Origin: Erysipelotrichaceae bacterium
GTDB taxonomy: Bacteria > Bacillota_I > Bacilli_A > Erysipelotrichales > Erysipelotrichaceae
Length of the DNA: 32,000 nt
Direction of reading: 5' to 3'
NCBI GenBank assembly: GCA_963663995.1
Contig: OY760660.1
Location: 960,001 to 992,000, forward strand
Both the position numbers and the translations under genes were made by a program. Shown here one piece after another: positions 25,946 to 32,000 of this stretch (position 1 is its first letter; each line of letters begins with the position of its first letter). The notes below the pieces were generated by a model. The model saw only the letters and a program-made list of their open reading frames with translations, was not told the DNA's origin and ran no database searches.

Positions 25946-26059
25946 AATGCTTCTCTAATGAACTTATGATGTTCAAGACCTTTACAATCACTAGCGTTTG
26001 CACCTACCTATTGGCTAGATATTGAAACACTATCTCAATAAAAAAAAACAATATGTAAC

Positions 26060-26089
26060 AAAAAAACCATCCGTTTTACTTGATGGTTT
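26060..26089 (-). terminator. Intrinsic terminator after the lipoprotein pair
   Basis: In the minus sense: AAACCAUC (26089-82) / GAUGGUUU (26071-64) with a 10-nt loop, followed by UUUU. It begins 4 nt after the stop at 26094. Confidence 0.75.
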
Positions 26090-26093
26090 GATT

Positions 26094-27782
26094 TTATTCT
26101 GTTGAAGTTTCTATGATTGGCTCACTTACTTTATAAACACCTTTTTCAAGACTTATCACATATTCAGCATTTTCTATTTCTACTACTTCTTCAGCAACTT
26201 GATATTTCGCATTTACTAAAGCAATATAATCTCCATTTTCATCCGTTGAAATGAAGACTTCACCATAAGATTTCAATTTAGCATCCTTCACTGACTGATT
26301 ATCAGCATAGGTATTCCAATCATTAGCTCTTTCACTTATTGGAGTGAGCAGATATGTGAAAGATAAACGATTACGGATTTGATAATCTAAATAACGTCTT
26401 AAAGCATCTTCTGCACTTCGACCTAATTGATCAACACCTTCAATTTGACTATAACGATTAAAATCTTCAGTAAAGAACGTTTGTGGTAAGTAGCGATTAC
26501 TGGACATCCAGATAATATATTCTTCTAGACCAACATCATATGTTGCCTTAATTTGTGCTTGCATAGCATCTTCATCATATTCGATATAGCCTTTTACCCA
26601 ACTTGCTGTAAAACCCTGAAGCCATGGTCGAATCGTTGCACCATTTTCAAGTGCGGCATTTTTTTCAATACCTTGAAGTAAAGCTTCTTTTACAACTTCA
26701 TATGGATGAGCATCCGGATAAGTAAAACCATAAAAGCCTTCCCCATAATGACTTGGATAGACCATCGGACATATGACATCCACTTGTGGTGCAATCTTTA
26801 TCCACGTCTGACCAATATCTTCTGGTTGATCATTCCAAGAATAGGTAATAACCCCAAAAACATCAGCCGCTAAATTGACTTTATAAGGTTCTAATGCAAT
26901 TCTTGATGCTATTAAGAAATCTTCAATCGCATCGTCTTTAGCACGATCATTACGATTTGAAAACACGGTAATTGGATTATACTTTGCCGCATTATCGGGA
27001 AATCTAACATAGTCATATTGAATTTCATCAAAGCCACGTAGAGCTGCTTCTTGAGCAATCGCTATATTATACTTCCAGACATACTCATCAAACGGATTGA
27101 CCCATGAGAAACCTGACTTATCTTTATAAACACCTGATCCATCTTTTAATTGAATCGCATGTTCAGGATTATTTTCGGCAAAATACGGATCCTTAAATGC
27201 AACAATCCGGGCAATTTTATAAACATCATTCGCATCTAAATAATCTAAAAGTGTTTGATAATCTGTCCATGGAACATACCAGTTCGCTTTAATATCATTT
27301 ACAAGCTGAACATTCGATGGCCATCCAACTAAACCTCGATCATCCTTAACATCAATGACTAAAGAATTGATTTCAGTCGCTTGCACAATTCCTAAGATCT
27401 CTTCTAATCGATTGACAGACTCTAACCGTGATTCATCGAAACTTTCACCATTATGTGTTTTTGTAATGAATTCAGCATAGGTATTAACATCTTCTTCATT
27501 AAAACCTAATCCAGCTATATTAAAGGTCACATAAAGTGCTTTAACCGTTTCAGTTTCTAAAACAACTTCATCATTAGGACTTGGAAGTGGTACATAAAAC
27601 TCACCTAAATCATATTCTCTAATCACTTCATTGGCTTCATATTCCGCTTGAAGACGGGCAGCGATTTCCTCTGCACTCTCAACTTCTTCTATAGGTTCTT
27701 CAATCACTTCTTCATCAATTGTTTGATTTGAACATGCAACAAGCATTGGGATTAATAATAATGAAAATAATTTAGTACGCAT
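26094..27782 (-). CDS. Lipoprotein, putative glycoside-hydrolase-like TIM barrel (DUF4015/GHL-type, from memory)
   Basis: 562 aa with the lipobox LVAC in MRTKLFSLLLIPMLVACSNQ. The central pattern VKALYVT...INSLVIDVKDD...IARIVAFKD...WVNP...GFDEIQYDYVRFP resembles the putative glycosyl hydrolase family related to GH114/PelA-type barrels. Its start overlaps the upstream gene by 11 nt. Confidence 0.55.
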   Translation of the reverse strand: MRTKLFSLLLIPMLVACSNQTIDEEVIEEPIEEVESAEEIAARLQAEYEANEVIREYDLGEFYVPLPSPNDEVVLETETVKALYVTFNIAGLGFNEEDVNTYAEFITKTHNGESFDESRLESVNRLEEILGIVQATEINSLVIDVKDDRGLVGWPSNVQLVNDIKANWYVPWTDYQTLLDYLDANDVYKIARIVAFKDPYFAENNPEHAIQLKDGSGVYKDKSGFSWVNPFDEYVWKYNIAIAQEAALRGFDEIQYDYVRFPDNAAKYNPITVFSNRNDRAKDDAIEDFLIASRIALEPYKVNLAADVFGVITYSWNDQPEDIGQTWIKIAPQVDVICPMVYPSHYGEGFYGFTYPDAHPYEVVKEALLQGIEKNAALENGATIRPWLQGFTASWVKGYIEYDEDAMQAQIKATYDVGLEEYIIWMSSNRYLPQTFFTEDFNRYSQIEGVDQLGRSAEDALRRYLDYQIRNRLSFTYLLTPISERANDWNTYADNQSVKDAKLKSYGEVFISTDENGDYIALVNAKYQVAEEVVEIENAEYVISLEKGVYKVSEPIIETSTE

Positions 27783-28797
27783 AGATTTCCTTATCTAGAT
27801 TTTGTTTTAACTGATCATTTTTTATAGTAGGTATGGTAACTATATCAGGATTCCCATCACTGATAAACTTACGTTCTGGTTGATTGATATCACGTTGTAA
27901 ATAATCATATAAACCAACGCCATCCGTATTCATTTCTGAAGCACGAACACGTGGAACAGATAATGCATTAAAGTCTGCATCATAAGGTGATACGGATGGA
28001 TTTGACCCCACTTTAAGCAAAGTAATGTTATCATATGGCACACCTTCATATTCACCGTGAACCATATAGTCCATTAATGATTCATCAGGACGTGAGCCAT
28101 AGACTAAAGCCATTGTATTAACGTGATAATCTGTGTGCAAATACGACTCAATCTTTTGAGCTTGTGCACCGATTTCATATTGAACACTTGCAGCATCTGT
28201 AATATTTTTAAAGTTAGGATGAGAGACTGTATGATTCCCTACGTCCATGCCCATATCAATTAACATATTTAATTTTGTTTCAATTAGACTGTATTGTCCA
28301 AAGATATTATCACCAGTTAAAAAGAATGTTGCTTCAAGCGGAAAGTCAGGATGTGCTTCATTAAATTCTTTTAATATCCCTACCGCACAATTGGGATCAA
28401 TGCTTCCATCTTCTAAGAGTTTAAAGTTATCCAACTTACCATCATCAAAGGTCAAGACTACTGGCGTAAAACCCATTTCCGTTGTTATATTTCCAGTCAC
28501 AAAATCAGTTAAAGAAATCGGTCTAAAGCCTTGATCATATAGATTTTGTAAATCTTTTTTAAAATTATCGACAGTTCTTACCCAATCAGATTCTTCTTGA
28601 TTGATCCCATGATACATCAAAACCATAATCTCTCCACTCTCATCTGGTTGTAAACTCAAGTCAATTTTATCAATTGGATTTTCAACAACTTCTTCAATTT
28701 CTTCAAGATTCTCATCAATAAGCTCTTCATCAGTTTTTGTGTCATTTTGACTACAAGCACTTAGAAGTAAAACGAATGTTATTAGTATTTTTTTCAT
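27772..28797 (-). CDS. Lipoprotein, polysaccharide deacetylase (CE4 / NodB homology domain)
   Basis: 341 aa with the lipobox LSAC in FVLLLSACSQN, CE4 motif 1 (VLTFDDG) and motif 2 (HTVSH). Confidence 0.85.
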   Translation of the reverse strand: MKKILITFVLLLSACSQNDTKTDEELIDENLEEIEEVVENPIDKIDLSLQPDESGEIMVLMYHGINQEESDWVRTVDNFKKDLQNLYDQGFRPISLTDFVTGNITTEMGFTPVVLTFDDGKLDNFKLLEDGSIDPNCAVGILKEFNEAHPDFPLEATFFLTGDNIFGQYSLIETKLNMLIDMGMDVGNHTVSHPNFKNITDAASVQYEIGAQAQKIESYLHTDYHVNTMALVYGSRPDESLMDYMVHGEYEGVPYDNITLLKVGSNPSVSPYDADFNALSVPRVRASEMNTDGVGLYDYLQRDINQPERKFISDGNPDIVTIPTIKNDQLKQNLDKEIYAY

Positions 28798-28836
28798 ACC
28801 ATCCTATTATCACATAACTTTCTATTTTTTCTTGAT

Positions 28837-28861
28837 AAAAAAACACTTCTTAATAGAAGTG
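28837..28861 (-). terminator. Intrinsic terminator after the lplA-GntR-GntR unit
   Basis: In the minus sense: CACUUCU AUUA AGAAGUG followed by UUUUUUU. The stop codon of the GntR gene lies in the loop. Confidence 0.7.
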
Positions 28862-29614
28862 GTCTAAATCTTTTGCCTCAATTTGCCATTCAACTTGCAT
28901 AAATTCAACAATAGCTGTTTTAGAGAAAACAATTAAATTACTATCCTTATCATATCCATAAAAATAAGCCATAAAAACACTACTTTCATTTTCAATCCCT
29001 AAAGCACTACATGCCATATCTGATCCAATTTCAGCTTTAAATCTTCGACTGGTAAGAGATGTTTCAACACTATAATGTTTTTGTAAAATATCTTGAACAA
29101 TTTCATTTTCAAAATCTACTTTAACAATATCTTTAAAACGTTCAATCGGGAAATAGATATTAATGAAACCAACCGGATTCCCATCTGCAAAATACGTTCT
29201 TTGTAGATGTAATAATTCCTTGTTTGGATCTTGTATTGGATAATCTTTAACTGAATCACATTTTAAGATTTCTTTATGTGTTGTTTTAAAACTTGCTTTG
29301 AATCCAGCATTCTCGATTGATTGAAAGATTGAATTAAAATTCGTTAAAACAGTTTTTGGAGCTTCATAAAAAGCCACCCAATAATCATTTGTTTTCCCTT
29401 TATGAATTAAATTTTCTTCAATTAATCTTTGGTATGCTTTTTCAATGACTTCTATCTTACAGGATAATTTATCAGCTAACTGTTCATAAGAAGGTAGGGG
29501 TCTATTAGGATAAATCTCACGATTAACAATTAATTTGCGGATTTGATTAGCCACTTGTATAGATAGTTCTGTGTTAGATCGACGATCTAGAGTTAATTTC
29601 ATTTGATTTAACAT
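28850..29614 (-). CDS. GntR-family regulator, HutC/UTRA-like length, divergent HTH
   Basis: 254 aa with the N-terminal wHTH pattern IQVANQIRKLIVNREIYPNRPLPSYEQLADKLSCKIEVIEKAYQRLIEENLI. The C-terminal ~170 aa fit the size of a UTRA effector domain, which I cannot verify by eye. Confidence 0.65.
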   Translation of the reverse strand: MLNQMKLTLDRRSNTELSIQVANQIRKLIVNREIYPNRPLPSYEQLADKLSCKIEVIEKAYQRLIEENLIHKGKTNDYWVAFYEAPKTVLTNFNSIFQSIENAGFKASFKTTHKEILKCDSVKDYPIQDPNKELLHLQRTYFADGNPVGFINIYFPIERFKDIVKVDFENEIVQDILQKHYSVETSLTSRRFKAEIGSDMACSALGIENESSVFMAYFYGYDKDSNLIVFSKTAIVEFMQVEWQIEAKDLDHFY

Positions 29615-29616
29615 TG

Positions 29617-30339
29617 TTACACCTCAAATACACTGGTATCACCAGGGTAAGTTGTGATCACAAAAACCATACAATCACCTTTAGCATTTAAAACCTGCGA
29701 ACGATTCACAAAAACCGCATCATCTTTTCGACAATCTAAACTCATCGCATCTTTCACACTGGCACTTTTAACGCTGTAATGATTGACAATTTTTTGCACA
29801 GGATGATACTGATTAATAACTTCTATCCATCTACGATCAAGGGTTAAACGACGTTTAAACTTTGGAAACAAATGATCAGGTAAATACCAATCTTGTGCAT
29901 AGACAGGAAATTTATCAGACACTAGAATTCGTTTAATATGAAGTACTTTATTTTTATGTTCTAAATTGAGTGCGACATAAGCTTGAGGATCATCATCAAT
30001 CATTTCAATAAATTGAATTTGTGACTCAATTTCATGACCTTCTCTTTCAAGTCTTTTTTCAAGAGAGGATGGATTGGTTAGAGATGAGAGAATTTGTGGT
30101 CTCATCTTCACAAATGAACCCTTACCTTTAATACGTATAATAAGTCCATCTTCCATTAATTGATCATAAGCATGACGAATAATATAATGAGAGATTCCAA
30201 AAACAATACAGACTTCTTCTTCAGTTGGAAGTTGTTGACCATCTCTTAAAAGACCACTCATAATGGCATCTTCAAAGCTATTTCTTAGTTGTTGGTACAC
30301 AGGAACCTTTAAGGTTTTGTCTACATGGATATAATGCAT
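29617..30339 (-). CDS. GntR-family regulator, HutC/UTRA-like
   Basis: 240 aa with PVYQQLRNSFEDAIMSGLLRDGQQLPTEEEVCIVFGISHYIIRHAYDQLMEDGLIIRIKGKGSFV, a typical GntR wHTH layout. It lies 2 nt from the downstream paralogue. Confidence 0.75.
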   Translation of the reverse strand: MHYIHVDKTLKVPVYQQLRNSFEDAIMSGLLRDGQQLPTEEEVCIVFGISHYIIRHAYDQLMEDGLIIRIKGKGSFVKMRPQILSSLTNPSSLEKRLEREGHEIESQIQFIEMIDDDPQAYVALNLEHKNKVLHIKRILVSDKFPVYAQDWYLPDHLFPKFKRRLTLDRRWIEVINQYHPVQKIVNHYSVKSASVKDAMSLDCRKDDAVFVNRSQVLNAKGDCMVFVITTYPGDTSVFEV

Positions 30340-30343
30340 GCTT

Positions 30344-31309
30344 TTATTTTAGCATTTCTTTTAGTCGATTTGCGATTTGTGCACTTCGATCATCAATATC
30401 GAAACTAAAAGTAGCGATACGCTCTATGAGTTCACTTTCATTTACGCCAATCACCCAATTCGCTAATGCTTCAACCCATTCGTTTTCTAAGGCATCAGAA
30501 TAGAGGCGGGATTCATTGATGATTGAATTCTCACTTACAAATTCCCATTTCAAACAGCCAAAATCAAAACAATCTTCGAAAAAGAATTTGTCTAATCCTG
30601 TTTGACCAAAAACATAGTCTTGGTCACTATAATGATTGATTGCTTGACTTGCATCTAACTCTTCAAAATTGATAAGTTCACCTTTAACACCAGCATATTT
30701 TTCAACTTCATCAAAGAGATGACTCATTAATTCAGCAATCGTTAAACTTTTAAACACAGAAATATTTTCAATTCTTGCGGCGACAGATTTAACATTTTTA
30801 CGTTGTAGTTTTTTGGGATTTGGACTCAAATATTTCCCAAGCAATTGTTTGTCAACATTGACGAGAAGTGTCCCATGATGTAAATGTGTTTTGTTTTGGT
30901 GAGCAAAGGCATTCCCAGACACTTTAAAACCATCGACTTCAATATCGTTTCGTCCATTGACTTTCGCATCAACACCTAATACTTGTAAAGCATTGGCAAT
31001 CATTTTCATTTGATGATGAATTGAATAAACACCGTCTTGAGCTATAAAAGTAAAATTTAGATTCCCTAAGTCATGATAAACTGCTCCACCACCCGAACTA
31101 CGTCGAGCTACTGTTACATTATCTTCATGGGCTAAATCAAGTCTAACTTCACTTGCACAGTGTTGATGTTTACCAATAACGACGGTATGAGCATTTTGCC
31201 ACAAATAAAAAATTAATGTATCCTTCGGACATGTATCCATTAATACTTGTTCAACCGCTAAGTTTTCATAAGGATTATGTCGAGGTGATGTGATTAGTTG
31301 TAATTTCAT
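30344..31309 (-). CDS. lplA: Lipoate-protein ligase
   Basis: RRSSGGGAVYHDLGNLNF and KVSGNAF (lipoyl-AMP-binding Lys) are present. I place the start at ATG 31309 (MKLQLITSPRHNPYENLAVEQ), which aligns with the N-termini of Gram-positive LplA/LplJ proteins as I recall them. The track start at 31333 is a GTG inside the upstream terminator stem. Confidence 0.88.
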   Translation of the reverse strand: MKLQLITSPRHNPYENLAVEQVLMDTCPKDTLIFYLWQNAHTVVIGKHQHCASEVRLDLAHEDNVTVARRSSGGGAVYHDLGNLNFTFIAQDGVYSIHHQMKMIANALQVLGVDAKVNGRNDIEVDGFKVSGNAFAHQNKTHLHHGTLLVNVDKQLLGKYLSPNPKKLQRKNVKSVAARIENISVFKSLTIAELMSHLFDEVEKYAGVKGELINFEELDASQAINHYSDQDYVFGQTGLDKFFFEDCFDFGCLKWEFVSENSIINESRLYSDALENEWVEALANWVIGVNESELIERIATFSFDIDDRSAQIANRLKEMLK

Positions 31310-31320
31310 GTGTTTATTAT

Positions 31321-31347
31321 AAACAAAATTCACCCTTAAAGGTGAAT
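31321..31347 (-). terminator. Intrinsic terminator upstream of lplA
   Basis: In the minus sense: AUUCACC UUUAAG GGUGAAU (7 bp) followed by UUUGUUU. It begins 9 nt after the stop at 31357. Confidence 0.6.
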
Positions 31348-31356
31348 ATCGTAGGA

Positions 31357-32000
31357 CTAAATTTGTGTACTTAATATTTGCCGATGCAATTTTCGATCAT
31401 ACATTAAATCTTTTAAAGTTTGAACATCTGAGATTGTCAGGTCCAACTCATCAAAGTTCTTTTCAATTTTCTTCAAAAGTTTTAAATAGAAAGGCTCTGG
31501 ATGTTTTAAACTTTGATTTTTCAACTTTGCCTTTAAATAGACAAAGATAAGTGCCGGTAATACTTCACAGATTGAGTTCTCAATCCAGAAATCACATTGA
31601 TCAAAAGGTGGATTAAATTGTTCAAGTAGTTTCATTTCAATATCTAAACCATCGTCATTGGATTGATAGATATCGACGAAAACATAATCAAAGTTATTTA
31701 AATACATTTCATTAAAATAACCAAAAGCATCACCTTCAATAATATTAATATCTATCTTTGCCTTAAATTGAGGCAAAATATAATGTTTAAAAAGTTCAAT
31801 AACACGATGATTTCTCTCGATTACGGTAATAGATTTTACATCTTTATTAAGACTTGCCATATAAACAAAATAACCAATCCCTAAACCAAAACTTAAGACA
31901 TGACCTTTCGCTTTTAGAGCAGATGGATCGATGGTTGCACTTTCAGATGGAACATCTAACATCCAGATATCATCATTAATCGCTAAACTAAGCGTTTTAA
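31357..32000 (-). CDS. Spermidine-synthase-like / class I SAM-dependent methyltransferase-fold protein (5' end possibly outside the window)
   Basis: The reading frame stays open from the Met at 31962 to the window end (…KTLSLAINDDIWMLDV…), so the start is undetermined. Motifs: VLSFGLGIGY (motif I), the acidic loop VIERN, and IIEGDAF ... FDYVFVDIY, as in PABS/MTase folds. Confidence 0.55.
   Translation of the reverse strand, partial: KTLSLAINDDIWMLDVPSESATIDPSALKAKGHVLSFGLGIGYFVYMASLNKDVKSITVIERNHRVIELFKHYILPQFKAKIDINIIEGDAFGYFNEMYLNNFDYVFVDIYQSNDDGLDIEMKLLEQFNPPFDQCDFWIENSICEVLPALIFVYLKAKLKNQSLKHPEPFYLKLLKKIEKNFDELDLTISDVQTLKDLMYDRKLHRQILSTQI

Overview
This is an AT-rich, Bacillota-like chromosomal segment read with the standard genetic code; TGA acts as a stop in five ATGA start/stop overlaps. 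I support 31 protein genes, 29 of them on the minus strand, plus two cis-regulatory RNA leaders, several intrinsic terminators and a few operator-like repeats. I saw no rRNA, tRNA, CRISPR array, transposase, integrase, phage gene or recognisable defence gene. Gene order along the window: a 5'-truncated FMN-binding protein; an unknown membrane-anchored protein; a T-box-controlled asnB + aminotransferase operon; an MFS transporter; a split ChrA pair; a P-type (Ca2+/Mn2+-type) ATPase preceded by a candidate yybP-ykoY Mn2+ riboswitch; a MacB-type tripartite ABC efflux operon; and a PAP2 phosphatase. Next comes an ~11.5 kb RpiR-linked carbohydrate island (13.9-25.4 kb). On the minus strand it encodes two Gfo/Idh/MocA oxidoreductases, an orphan lactose/cellobiose-family PTS EIIC, an Rpe/AlsE-like epimerase, two GH1 6-phospho-beta-glycosidases, RpiB, two proteins of unassigned function, a third Gfo/Idh/MocA enzyme and a VOC-fold protein. 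After the island come a small unknown protein; a translationally coupled lipoprotein pair (CE4 deacetylase + glycoside-hydrolase-like barrel); two tandem GntR/HutC-like regulators transcribed with lplA; and a spermidine-synthase-like gene that runs off the window end. The best candidate for something undescribed is the carbohydrate island, because its enzyme mix does not add up to any textbook beta-glucoside, allose or inositol pathway and it embeds two unassigned proteins. Secondary points of interest are the candidate Mn2+ riboswitch, which implies a Mn2+-responsive ATPase, two genes with a terminator-TATAAT-N6-ATG architecture suggesting leaderless mRNAs, and the split PelA/PgaB-like lipoprotein pair. 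All family calls come from motifs read by eye, and no database search was run.
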